From contig CATOCA020000001.1 in the NCBI GenBank assembly GCA_951406725.2, positions 3,720,001-3,784,000 on the forward strand: a stretch of DNA of 64,000 nucleotides, written 5' to 3'. The first letter of the stretch is position 1. Every line of letters begins with the position of its first letter. Under the pieces are notes generated by a model. It ran no database searches, was not told where the DNA came from, and saw only the letters and a list, made by a program, of their open reading frames with translations. Positions 1 to 13,569 of the stretch are shown one piece after another. The translations under genes and the position numbers were made by a program. This stretch comes from Octopus vulgaris (lineage: Eukaryota).

Positions 1-544
1 GCATTGCTCCACCATGGCCGCAGTCAAATAATTGAAAAATTAAGTGTGTAAAATAGAAAATAACCAGAAAAGTTTATATTCTTTTAACTACATCAGTAAG
101 GGAGATAACTGAAAATCAACTTTTAGAGTTACTTCCCTTGACATATTGATAAAAGGCATGACAGTTTAAGATGTAGGCGCGTTTGTTTTTGATGCGAAGG
201 GCACACTTGCATTCGCGCAGGAAGATACAAACATACGCATGCAAATTTTCTGCTGTTAACTTTAACAAATAAACATTATAATTTACATTTAATTACACCC
301 GAAAACTATGTAAAGTACTCACCATATCTAGTACTACCCTTTGGACATGATCAGGTTTTTATTTTGTTTTAGATAGTATATATGCGTATGTGGGTATATA
401 CACGTGTATATGTATGAATGCATGCATTTATGTATATAAATATATATATATATATATATGTATTTATATATATATTCATAAATTTATAATTTTATATATA
501 TATATGTAGGTATATACCTATGTATATATATATATATACTAAAA

Positions 545-3531
545 AATGGAAGATAAAATTTCTGGAGGACTGGATCGATGCCCATCCAAACCACATCCCT
601 TTCTTCGTCCTCACTGAAACCCATCTTAGTAACCTCCACTTGGAAGCCGAGGTGAAAGTTAAAAATTTCAAAGCCATTCGTGCTGATCGTGCTGGCAGAA
701 GAAAGGGTGGGACTGCCATTTATGTTCATGATTCATTCTCAACAGACGCTATGAACATATTTTCCAATGGATACTGCGAAGCAGTCGCTGTATTCAGTCA
801 AACCAACAACTTAACTGTAGTTGGGCTCTACAGACCACCCCAAACGCCCCTACCATGCTTCAAGGAATGCCTCAACAACATAAAGTGTTTCATTCAGCAG
901 TGTCAACCTGACAACATTTTAATGACGGGAGACTTCAACCTTCCCGGGGTTGACTGGTCAACAAACAGTCTGCCGCCAGGTTCTTCTCTCTCAACCCCTG
1001 ACAGGGAGGCAGTGGAATCGCTTCTTGACTTCATGGATGATTTCTTCCTGTCCCAACTGGTGCTCGAACCAACGAGATGTCACAAAAACGTCTTAGACTT
1101 AATTTTCAGCAATCACACTGATACTATCCACAATATTGCAGTGGAGAAAACCCTACTCTCCGACCATGACATGGTTCTCTGTGATCTGAGATTTCACCGG
1201 CCAAAATGCAAAACAAATGTCATCCCTCCTGTTCATCCATTTGACACTATGGATTTCCACAATGCAAACTGGGAAGCGATCAATAATGATCTTGCACAAG
1301 TCGATTGGTCCTTCACGCACACACACACACCCACTAACATCAAAAAGTCCTGGCAGTCATTTGTAGACACCATTACGAACATATGTGCAAACCACACCCC
1401 ATTAAGATCTGCAAACAAATCTAAGTGTCGAATCCCTAGAAATAGAAAATATCTCATCAGGAAAATTAAAAGAATTAACAAAAAAAATCAACGAGCTGAA
1501 ATACTGTCAACAGCAACACACCAACCTGACTGCCATCTCGTCGCTAGAGATTAAAAAACATAAACTCCAAAACAACATTATGTCTATCATCAATAGTCAG
1601 CGAAGAGCTGAAGAGGCCTGGGCCATTGAGAAGATCAAACTCAATCCCAAAGTATTCTTTTCATTTGCAAAAAAACACAGAGTCACTGGTTCTACTGTTG
1701 GCCCTCTGATTGATGAAAATGGTACTCTTCAAGACAATGCCAAAACCATGGGAGAGATATTGCAGAAACAATATTGCTCTGTTTTCAGCAATCCTGATAT
1801 GACTGATCTGGTTCTGTATCAGTGATGTTACTCCCCAATACACTTTATCGGACATAACCTTTGGTGCTACTGATGTCTTAGCAGCAATAAAGGAAATGAA
1901 GCATAAATCAGCAGTAGGTCCCGATAGGTTCCCTGCTTGTGTCTTGAAGATGTGTCAACACCAACTTGCACCCACTCGAGCCAATCTGTGGCGGAACTCA
2001 CTGGATGCTGGATATATACCAGAAGACCTATCCCAGTTTGTATTCCCAGTTTTCAAAAAGGAAACAAATCGCTTGCCGTGAATTACAGTCCAATCTCACT
2101 CACCTCTCATATCATTATGGTATTTGAGAGAGTGCTGAGATCGCGTATGACTCACTTCCTTGAGAGTCATGATATGCTGAACTCCAACCAGCATGGATTC
2201 CGTAATGGAAGGGATTGCCTGACGCAGCTACTGCATCATTTTGATGACGTTTTGAGAGCCTTGGGAGAGGGTTCCAACACTGATGTCATCTTCCTTGATT
2301 TCAGCAAGGCCTTTGACAGGGTTGATCATAAGATCCTTTTGAGAAAGCTGTCCAATATTGGTGTCACTGGAAAGCTGCTGCAGTGGATCAAGTGCTTCCT
2401 GTCTAACAGAACCCAACATGTTGTAGTCGAAGGAGTCAAATCCAGCCCAGCAAAAGTCAGCAGTGGTGTCCCACAAGGCACTGTGTTGGACCCACTTCTC
2501 TTCATCATCTACATTAATGATATTACTGACACCATCAAACACAATAACATCAGAACTTTCGCTGATGATTCCAAGCTCCAGAAGGTCATCAATGGCGTGG
2601 ATGACCGAATAAGCCTTCAGTCAGACCTACTGGCTGTTCTCCAATGGGCGGAAAAGAATAACATGTTACTAAACGAAGACAAATTCGAACTGATCCACTT
2701 TGGAAGGGAGGACGCTCTAAAACTCCCATACTCCCTTCCTTCTGGAGAAATTCTCATGGCGTCTAACAACATCAGAGACTTGGGAGTAACAGTGGACAAC
2801 AACATAAGCTGGGCTACACATATAAGCAGCAAAGTTGATATGGCCCGCAGAATGTGTTCCTGGATTCTCAGAACCTTCCAGTCGAGAGATTCCCACACCA
2901 TTATGCTTCTCTTCTCCACTTTTGCCCGACCCCACCTTGAATACTGCTGTCCACTGTGGTCTCCCTACACAAAACAAAATATCATGAGAATTGAAGCTCC
3001 CCAAAGGTCAATCACAAAAAAGGTAGATGGCATGTCAGACCTTGACTACTGGGGTAAACTAGAGAAGCTGAAACTGTATTCACTCCAACGACGCCGTGAA
3101 CGCTACATTATCTGTATGATGTGGAAAATATTCCATCAGCACTGTCCGAATGATGTTGGCATCACCTTCAAAATGCATCCAAGGCTTGGACCACGTGCCA
3201 TCCGTCCACAACAAAAATCTAAATCGCATCACATAACGACAATACGGCACAACTATTTCACCTCAATTGGACCCGCTCTCTTCAACATTACACCAGGACA
3301 CGTCAAAACAGAAACTGACCACACAAAATTCAAGAAGTCATTGGACAAATTCCTTCAAACAGTCCCGGACAAACCACCCACACCCGGATATGTCTCCGCA
3401 AACAATAACTGTCTGCTCGAATGGGCCTCAGTGCCCAAATCCTGAATTGAAAGACTTCGCCAGGTGGTGCTATTAAGTTAGACATGGCCTGGGCCAATAT
3501 TGGCAAAAGCCTTTCTAAGTTATTCTAAGTT
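545..3531 (+). mobile_element. CR1/L2-group LINE ORF2 (APE endonuclease + reverse transcriptase), frameshifted
   Basis: ORFs 520-1554 (LTETHL, YRPP, GDFNLP, LDLIFSN, SDH APE motifs), 1580-1825 and 1937-3445 (QHGFR, FLDFSKAFDRVDH, GVPQGTVL, FADD, LYSLQRRRERY). Ends in a short TTCTAAGTTA repeat; flanked by (TA)n. Confidence 0.93.
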
Positions 3532-3551
3532 ATATAAATATATACATATAT

Positions 3552-3608
<57 letters not shown>

Positions 3609-3722
3609 CATGTATGTATATATGTATGTATATATGTATATATGTATGTATATATCTATATATATCTACATATATCTATATATATATATGCATGCATATA
3701 ACTATGTATATATGTATGTATA

Positions 3723-3763
<41 letters not shown>

Positions 3764-4127
3764 GTATGTATATATGTATGTATATATGTATTTATGTATA
3801 TATGTATGTATGTATAAATATATATCTATATATATATATACATGCATATAACTATATATATATATATATATATATATAACATTAAATTTAGGGTAAAAAT
3901 TGATATTTATCAATTAGCACCAGTGGTCTAGCATATTAAAGAAAGAATCCGAAGATTAAAATAATTATATATACCAATTAAGGACTGAACACGAAAAAGT
4001 GGACAGTCAACATGCTAGATATAGACGTCAAATCGCCATTCTCCACAAAAAGTCTATGTTCTCAGATCAAACTCAACACAAAACCAAAACAATAAACAAG
4101 TGAAAAATATACGTAATAAATATTTAC

Positions 4128-4193
4128 CCATGTACTAAATTCAGTTTCGGCTGTTATTTTCCGCAAGGAAAAGTGCAGCCATCATCAGCATGG
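4128..4193 (-). ncRNA. Type I hammerhead ribozyme (inverted copy)
   Basis: Minus strand: CCATG-CTGATGA-T-GGCTG..CAGCC-GAAA-CTGAATTTAG-TA/CATGG. Confidence 0.75.
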
Positions 4194-4685
4194 TCCCATA
4201 TAAAATGTAATTTGCTGTACTAAATGCCAACACGATACCGAAATATCGCGTGCATGGAGTACGGCCTATTACATTTGAAATATATATTTCAAATGTCTCT
4301 AATTTTGGCGCGATGAGAATGTGGAGAATGGCGATTTGACGTCTATATCTAGCATGTTGACTGTCCACTTTTTCGTGTTCAGTCCTTAATTGGTATATAT
4401 AAATATTTTAATCTTCGGATTCTTTCTTTAATATGCTAGACCACTGGTGCTAATTGATAAATATCAATTTTTACCCTAAATTTAATGTTATATAAATATT
4501 TGTTCTCTAACCGATAAATTAACTGCTGCTAACTATTAGCTGCAGGCTAGTTTTCTCGGGTCTCATCGCGCCAAAATTAGAGACATTTGAAATATATATT
4601 TCAAATGTAATAGGCCGTACTCCATGCACGCGATATTTCGGTATCGTGTTGGCATTTAGTACAGCAAATTACATTTTATATGGGA

Positions 4686-4751
4686 CCATGCTGATGATGG
4701 CTGCACTTTTCCTTGCGGAAAATAACAGCCGAAACTAAATTTAGTACATGG
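4686..4751 (+). ncRNA. Type I hammerhead ribozyme
   Basis: Stem I CCATG/CATGG; core CTGATGA; stem II GGCTG/CAGCC; GAAA; palindromic stem III CTAAATTTAG; GUA triplet, predicted cut after 4746. Confidence 0.82.
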
Positions 4752-4902
4752 GTAAATATTTATTTCGTATATTTTTCACTTGTTTATTGTTTTGGTTTGT
4801 GTTGAGTTTGATCTGAGAACATAGACTTTTTGTGGAGAATGGCGATTTGACGTCTATATCTAGCATGTTGACTGTCCACTTTTTCGTGTTCAGTCCTTAA
4901 TT

Positions 4903-4938
<36 letters not shown>

Positions 4939-4976
4939 CATACATGTATATATTTATGTATATATGTATGTATGCA

Positions 4977-5057
<81 letters not shown>

Positions 5058-6574
5058 ATATATATTTGTCTGTATGAGTATAAGCGTATGTATGAGTATG
5101 TATGAGAAGGAGAAATTTTTTTTCAAGAATATTGTTTACTTTAATATTTGTGTCTTTGTGAAATAGATGTTGGTTGGATTATGTTCTTCATTATCTTTGT
5201 ATTAATGGCGGTGGAGAAGGATGGCGTTCCAGTGTCTTGTTTATTTGAACTCATAAAATTATGTGTAATTAAAATTACTTCATCAGTAAATGAAGGATTT
5301 AAAAATATTCTTCCTTCCCCCATCCCCATCCACTCTAATACTCCAATATAAATATCTTTTATAGGTAATTCCAGCCTGAAGAATTCAATATGTATATAAT
5401 AATAATAATAATAATAATGATTTTAGTCAGTTGTCTGTTTGCTCAAAAATATCAAAAATATGTTTGGGAAATTATTGGCAGATACATTCGTTTGCTTCCT
5501 GGAAAACTGAAAATTGAGAATAATTTTTTAGCCTGAAGAGAAGGTGTGGAAGGATGAGCGGGAGGAGAGGTGGTGGTCATGGGGAAGACTCTTGTAAAGG
5601 ATTATTCCTGTTGAAATTAAGTAATGAGATTATTAACTGAAAATATGTAAACTTGTCTTGTTCAATTATCAATGTCCCTTAAGTGTTGCATTATCTACAC
5701 AAGTGCAATCTCTGAAATAATTTGAAAACAGCTAAATTGAATTGAGAAGAAATAATTAAATTAAAAACAGAATACATTGATAATGCTTGTTCTTTTCTGA
5801 AGAATTATATTTGACAGAAGGAATTACACAATGTTGTTGTTTTTAACAATGCTGTTCAAATATTTGCTTTTAAAGTTCTCATTTTTATATTAAAAAATAT
5901 ATAACACTGCTCCTAATGAAAACTGTTTTTCTTTTCTTTTTATCTTGTTTTAAATTTTTAAATTTAAAAATCAAACAAAATGTATTAAGGGGGTAAAACG
6001 TAGTGACTTCATGCAAAATTTTAATATGAAACAAATTCACAAACTGGAATAAAAACAAAAAAAATTATCATACTTCAAATAAACTTGCAGACATAAGTCC
6101 ATTAAAGGCATCATTATGAAAACATATTCAAAATTTGGTTATTAATAACCAAATAGTAGAAACCGATTGACAAGATGAGACATTTCAAATAGATTTTTTT
6201 ATAATGAACTGCTGTCAAATGTAAATAAAGGAAATGTTAACACAGGAGATAATGACTGCGAACGATCTGCTAATTAAAGTGCAATTAGCAACATGGGTGA
6301 TGGTTTAGTTAGCAACACTCACTGGTAAAGAAAAACAGGGATTACCTCCCCTTGCCTTTCAACTCCATCCAAGCATGTTCCATGCATTAAATACCTGCCA
6401 GTTGTTACTTGGGGATTCGACAGGATTGTTAGCGGATTGCTTAGAATGTATTGAAGTAGTCATTCTGGCATTCTGTGCCCTGAGTTCAAATCGCATCAAC
6501 GTCAACTTTGCTTTTTCATTCTTTCAATACAACATCAGGTACTGAAAGGAATACATCATTATATTTTGCACTCT

Positions 6575-6619
<45 letters not shown>

Positions 6620-7159
6620 AAAGATTTCCACTGTGGTTTGACAGAGAGAGGGGTTAGCTACATCATGTTTAAAATACCCAAATATGAGTGTGAGGAAGGC
6701 GTCCTTATGATTCTGACAACATATGATGACTGAAGACAGGGAATGGATATGAATAGACCCCCTCATCAATAGATATACCCAATACTCAATCCTATTGAAC
6801 AACCACAGTTATCTGTGGTAGTAGTAAGTACATCAGATAAAAATGCTATCTGATGCGTCTACTGAAAATCTAAGCAGGGTCCTGTCAAACTGTTCCTGTC
6901 TATTTATTTGCACAAGCTAATAATGAACCAATGAGAGATCGTGTATGTGGTGGTTAGGTCTGTTAGATGTAGCAGCCACATCTGCCTCGTATCTTAAAAC
7001 AAGGACATGTGAACTCACATGGTTATATGGTCATTGCAAATAGGAAAAAGACAGGATGGTCACAGCTAGAATGCTTTTGATCTCAGGCCTGCACAGTCAG
7101 GGTTGACCAAGGGCTAAACAGCACATTTTATTAGTAGTATTGTTGTTGTTATTGTTGTT

Positions 7160-7592
7160 AAGGTGACGGAAATATGAGCACATCAGGCAAAACGCTTAGT
7201 AGCATTTCTTCTGACTTTACATTCCAAATTCTGATTACCATGAAGCTGACTTTGCCTTTCATCCTGTTAGGGTCAGTAAAATAGGTACCAGTTGAGTACT
7301 GGGGTTGATTAATGGACTATATATTCCACTTTACCAAAATTGTTTTTCTCTTCATCATCATCATCATCATCATCATCATTATGGCGGCAAGTTGGCAGAA
7401 ACATTAGCACATTGGACAAAATGCTTAGCAGCATTTTATTCACCTTTATGTTCTGAGTTCAAATTCCACCAAGGTAGACTTTGCCTTTAATCCTTTCAGG
7501 GGTCAATAAATTAACTATCAGTGAAACACTGGGGTCATTGTAATTGACTAATCATCCTGCCCCAAATTTCAGGCCTTCTGCCTTTAGTAGAA
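7160..7592 (+). mobile_element. Two tandem tRNA-derived SINE copies
   Basis: ggcggcaagttggcagaa..gttctgagttcaaattcc..gactttgccttt..ctggggtc motif; same family at ~31080, ~32880, ~44960 and ~49850. Confidence 0.7.
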
Positions 7593-7640
<48 letters not shown>

Positions 7641-7643
<3 letters not shown>

Positions 7644-9490
7644 TAGTTTTATTTTTATAGCGTGCTTTCACCTCACTATCGAGCGCAGCTCTGTGTGCCT
7701 TGGGTATGTGCTGTGATTTGTTGTGATGCTCTGATGGTTATTGTATGGAAAGTGTTCTGCGTAGGATGTGTGCAGTGCCTAGTAGTGCAATTTTCTGTAT
7801 GTTATATGTGTTTGTAAGTCCTGGTGTTTTTGTTATGTATTTGTCTGAATATTTTTTTATCATGCCTAATGCTCCTACTATGATAGGAATTGTTTCTGTT
7901 TTCAGGTTCCACATTCTAGTTACCTCTATTTCCAGGTCTTTGTATTTTGAGAGTTTCTCCATTTCTTTTAGAGACACGTTGTCATCTGCCGGTATTGATA
8001 CATCAATTAGAAAGCATTTTTTTCCTTCCTGATCTCTGACAACTATATCTGGTCTGTTGGCCTTAATTGCTCTATCTGTGTGTATCGGCATATCCCAGAG
8101 TATGGTTGCTTTCTCGTTTTCTGTGACCTTTTCTGGTGTGTGCCTATACCATCTTTTTTCTGTTGTTATTCCATAATGTTGGCATAGCTTCCAATGTATG
8201 TAGGTTCCAACTCTGTCATGTCTGTGAATATATTCCTTCTTAGCCAGGACTGGGCAGCTAGAGATAATATGATTTATTGTTTCTTGTCCATCTCCACATA
8301 TTCTGCAGTTACTTGTAATATTTCTTTTCATTACATGTTTTTGGTAATTTCTGGTGGGGAGGCTTTGGTCTTGTGCTGCAATTAAAAATCCCTCTGTTTC
8401 TGCTTTGAGTCCTGAGCTTCTCAACCATTGCTGGGATTTTTCTTTGTCTATTTCTTTTGCGTTTAGTTTAGTGCAGTATTTACCATGAAGGGGTTTTTCT
8501 TGCCATCGTTTTATCATGGCTCGTTGCTGTTCTATTTTTAGTTTGGATTTCATTTGTTTTATAGCTTTTGTTGTTTCTTCATCATCTTCTTCTTCTTCTT
8601 TGTGTTTATTAGGTGGTATGATTTCTTGTTTGTATTTGTCAGCTTCCTTAAATACTGAGAACAGTTTGTTGTTTTGCTCGTGTTTTGCTGCTATCTGGAT
8701 CAGTTTTCCTTCCTTCTGAAGTAGGCATTTTTGCAGTCCTATGGTGGTTATTTTATAGTAGTTTTCCAGCTGTATAAGGCCTCTACCACTTTCTATACGT
8801 TGTATATATAGTCTTTCTATGTCAGATTTTGGGTGATGCATCCTAGATCCTGTCAGTATTTTTCTTGTTTTCCTATCTATTTTGGACAGTTCATTTCGTG
8901 TCCAGTTAAGGATATTGTAGCTGTAACTTATAACTGGGACAGCTAAAGTGTTGATACCTATTATCTTGTTTTTAGCATTGAGCTCTGTTTTTAGTATTGA
9001 TCTAACTCGTCTATAATATTCTTTTTTTATTTTCTCTTTCATTTGTGTGTGTTGTGTCTTATCTAGTTCATGGATTCCTAAGTATTTGTAAGTTTGGCTT
9101 TGGTCTAATTCTTTTATTTCATTGGTTTTATCTAGTGTGATGTTGTTACTCTTAACTAGTTTTCCTCTTTTCATGGTTACTTTGGCGCATTTTTCTAATC
9201 CAAATTTCATATCTATTTCTTTGGTAAATCCATGAACTGTCTTTAATAGTGTTTCCAGCTGTTTGTCATTTGCAGCGTATAGTTTTAGGTCATCCATATA
9301 TAAAAGGTGGCTGATCGTTTTGCCGTAACATTTATATCCGCATCCAGTTCTATTTAGCATATCAGATAGAGGTGACAGTGCCAAGCAGAAAAGGAGTGGA
9401 GAGAGCGTGTCTCCCTGGAATATTCCTCTTCTAATGGGGATGTCTTTGGTTTTCATGAGTCCCTCTTTTGTTTTGTTATTAATGATCCCT
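7641..9490 (-). mobile_element. 5'-truncated R4/Dong-clade non-LTR retrotransposon (RT + CCHC + RLE), ORF open to its stop
   Basis: GIFQGDTLSP, LLYMDDLKLYA, CRICG..H....C, RHDRV, RPDIVV, LIDVSIP, EKLSKYKDL; (TAA)n on both sides. Confidence 0.92.
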
Positions 9491-9496
9491 CTTTGT

Positions 9497-9567
<71 letters not shown>

Positions 9568-9582
9568 CATCATTATTATTAA

Positions 9583-9617
<35 letters not shown>

Positions 9618-9618
<1 letters not shown>

Positions 9619-11182
9619 TTTTTTTTTTCCTTCTTTCAAATTTGCTTCCATTTCTTGCCGAGTGTCTTCCCGACTCCTAGGGCAAAGAAACTCATAGTAT
9701 ACATTGGTAGGCCATTAAACCAAACTCAGTAGTTCGTTTTTTTTTTTTTTAAAGTTAAATTAAAATACATGAGCAGCAACAGTTCTCACATCGACAATGC
9801 TCTTCTCAATACGTGTGATGTACCAGTTAAGACAATCTTTTGCACTTCTTGCAGGGATGGTAAGCCAGGATCATTCTCATATAATTTTCGGTTCCCTTCT
9901 TGATCATTCCTAGTGCTCCTACGATCACTGGTATTGTAACCGCCTTGAGATGCCACATTTTCTCAATTTCAATGAGTAGGTCTTTATATTTTCTGAGCTT
10001 GTCAAACTCTTTCGCCGAGATATTATGATCACAGGGGATGCTCATGTCGATCAATAAGCAAACTTTATTGTTTTGGTTTTTCACAACAATATCTGGTTTA
10101 TTGGCCTTGATGGTTCGGTCTGTATGTACTGGAAAGTCCCACAGAATGGTTACATTTTCTCCTTCAGTTACAGCCTCAGGGTGGTGATTATACCACTTGT
10201 CGGCAGTTTTGATATTGTAATGCCGACTTATTAGCCAGTGGAGATATTGGCCAACTCTGTCATGTCTTAATTTATACTCCACTGGTGCTAAGACTTTACA
10301 TCCAGAGATTAGGTGGTCCACTGTTTCAATCATGTCGTTGCAGAATCGGCATTTTGGGTCTGCTCCATTTTTCATCACATTGGCCTGGTAGTTCCGGGTT
10401 AATAGGCTTTGATCTTGAGCAGCCAGGATGAAACCTTCGCTCTCTGCTTTTAGCCCTGAGCTCCGTAGCCACTGATGGGTTTGCTTCTGGTCAACATCAG
10501 CTTGTTTGCTGCGGGCCACATATTTGCCGTGCAGAGGTTTCTCCTCCCACCTATCAGCCACTTGCTCGTGCGCTTTTTTCGTTGCCATTATTTTTACCTT
10601 CTTTGCAACAATAGCTGCCGTACTTCCCTCGGGTTGTTCAGTTTGGGTATCCTGCACGAGATCAATAGCAAATTTTTTGCTTTCCTTGATGATAGAATGA
10701 AGCTTCTTTCGTCTCTCGTGATTTTCCACGAGCTTTAGCATCCAGTCATTCGTTATTTCGAGATATTTGGCCAGTCCAGTTGTGGTTGTTTTGTAAGCTA
10801 GTTCAAATTGGATCAGGCCTCGACCTCCTTGGGCTCTGGGAAGGTAAAGGCGATCTACGTCTGCCTTTGGGTGGTGCATCCTATTACAACTCAGCAGCTT
10901 GCGTATTTTCCTATCTATATTCTTTACTTCACTCATATTCCAGTTCAACACATTGTAGCTATAAGTAACAACTGGAACTGCTAAGGAATTTATAGCTAAC
11001 ACCTTGTTACGTGCATTTAGTTCAGATTTCAGGACTGCACGAACTCTCCTATAACATTCCTTCCTGATTTTCTCTTTCATGCTTGCATGCTGAATACCAG
11101 AGCCTTCATTTATCCCTAAATATTTGTATATTTGCTCTTGCTCAGGCTCTCTTATGACTGTGTCAACATCTAACACGACTGA

Positions 11183-11184
<2 letters not shown>
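9618..11184 (-). mobile_element. Second, divergent 5'-truncated R4/Dong element
   Basis: ORF 9827-11176: YKYLG, HHPKADVDRLYLPRAQGGRGL, CRFC..H....C, RHDRV, KPDIVV, KYKDL; frameshift near the C-terminus; bounded by (TAA)n. Confidence 0.9.
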
Positions 11185-11272
<88 letters not shown>

Positions 11273-11347
11273 ATTATTAATTATTTATTATTAATTATTA
11301 TATTATTATCATTATTATTATTATTATTATTATTATCATTATTATTA

Positions 11348-11387
<40 letters not shown>

Positions 11388-11393
11388 ATTATC

Positions 11394-11478
<85 letters not shown>

Positions 11479-11565
11479 TATTATTATTATTATTATTATT
11501 ATATTATTATATTATTATATATTATATATATATATTATATTATTATATTATTATTATTATTATTA

Positions 11566-11608
<43 letters not shown>

Positions 11609-11655
11609 CATTATTATTATTATTATTTATTATTATTATTATTATTATATTATTA

Positions 11656-11691
<36 letters not shown>

Positions 11692-11709
11692 CATCATTAT
11701 TATTATTAC

Positions 11710-11748
<39 letters not shown>

Positions 11749-11819
11749 CATTATTATTATTATTATTATTATTATCATTACCATTATTATCATTGTTATT
11801 ATTATTATTATCATCATCA

Positions 11820-11871
<52 letters not shown>

Positions 11872-11924
11872 CATCATCATCATCATTATTATTATTATTA
11901 TCATCATCATTATTATTATCATCA

Positions 11925-11970
<46 letters not shown>

Positions 11971-12040
11971 CATCATCATCATAATCATCATCATCATCAT
12001 CATCATTCCAGTCATCACCGTTACTATAACTATTATTAGT
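11184..12040. repeat. Long (TAA)n/(TCA)n microsatellite
   Basis: About 850 bp of ATT/ATC triplets. Confidence 0.97.
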
Positions 12041-12059
12041 TTTGCCCATTTAAAAATGG

Positions 12060-12970
12060 TTTCAGTTTATCAATAAATTTTTTCTCTCTAACGTTTCTCT
12101 CGCCTTGTCTTCAGTTGTGTAGACCACAAGTTGCCAGTGGTCGGTTAAAGGGATCATCTGGCCGACATCAGGATCTCTTATTTACTGTTGGAGCACACGT
12201 GACCGTTCCACTAGTGCATTCCAAGTCTGGCCAACGTATATCTCTTCAGAATTCTGGCATTTGATGCAATAAATTAAATTTCTGCTTTTGCAGTTCATAT
12301 TTACATTTGCAAATATTCTTCCGTTTATTTTTTGTTCCAATATTGACCGATATGTATGAACTGACATGTCCCACATCGATTATCATTGTACTTAGACACA
12401 ATGAATGATTCGTATTGTTGCTAAGATCACACTTTGCCTTTATTAAATGTTTCAAGTCTTTCGACTGTCTTTTACTTAGAGCCATTACTCCATCCGTGAT
12501 TATATCTTCTAATTCATTACTTTGAATAATGATCGGCAAGTTTGATTTGCAATGCTTAAGGTATTCCGGTAACATGGGTTGTGTGCCACTATAACTGGTA
12601 TGATCTGTTCTCGTTTTCCTCATCCTCGGGTGGCCCTAAGTTCTTGTATGGGTATTTCTATATCAAGCTGTACACCATTTTCTATGAGTAGAGAGGGATA
12701 TTTTTGCTTGGGTAGAGATTCTTTTAGTTTTGTTAGGCTTTTGTCTCTGATTCTCACATCCTCCACAAACGTACACATTTTCTCGGCTAGGTTGTATGGG
12801 ATATTGCGTTTTGTATATGTTGGATAGTAAAATTTGAAGTTCAGGTATTGAACTTTAAAGGTTATTTTATCTGTTTTGGTGACACAATTCGTGACACCAA
12901 AATATCTTTAGAATTGCCAAAGCAAACTTGACGATCGTTGTTCAAAGTAATGAATTGAAGAATAATATAT
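12060..12970 (-). mobile_element. Penelope-like element fragment (RT C-terminus + GIY-YIG endonuclease) with a short inverted copy
   Basis: CKSRNLIYCIKC..EIYVGQT motif (12182-12376); ~12900-12965 is a diverged reverse complement of ~12500-12565. Confidence 0.75.
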
Positions 12971-13569
12971 ATATTGATTTAGCTTCCAGACATTCTTTTC
13001 CGGACACAGTGTTTGTTATCATGAGACCCCTTATTGCACACAAACGTAGTAATTATGCTCGCTTCTCTTTTGGTTTGCTAAAGCTTTATCTTTCTATAGC
13101 ATTTGGTCAGTTCTTGCTTCAGCCTGCTTCTTCATTGAAGCGGAGGTCTCCAATGATTACGTTGAAGCAATTCCATAGTAACAAGTTTCTTTTTGTTTAT
13201 AGGTGATCAAAGTATTCATGTGATTCTTCAAAACTGTATCTGGAATCTGGGACATAAATTTAGAAGATGGTTAACATTCCCTGTGGCATCGAGAGAAACA
13301 CTCATTAGTCTCTCTTAATAAGAGACGTAGGAATTTATATATTTTGCGAATGTTTTTCTTCCATTAAAGCTACTCCCTGTCATGTAATGTTATCTCTTCT
13401 GCATAAATAAATGATAACATACTTAACCATTTTAAACGCGATACCTTGCAGATAAGGAAGGACATTTCAAACCCAGTAAAGCTGTAGAGATAGCAGAGAA
13501 AGACTGGGTACCCTTATGAGATGGAAAAAAGTTGCACTCGAACCCGTATCCCTCAGACATCGACTGAAT

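Larger units (their letters stand above)
3875..4910. repeat. Nested inverted-repeat element, Penelope-like pseudo-LTR remnant
   Basis: ~4320-4493 is the reverse complement of ~3875-4046; ~4561-4910 is the reverse complement of ~3968-4318. Flanked by TA microsatellites; carries hammerhead motifs. Confidence 0.85.
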
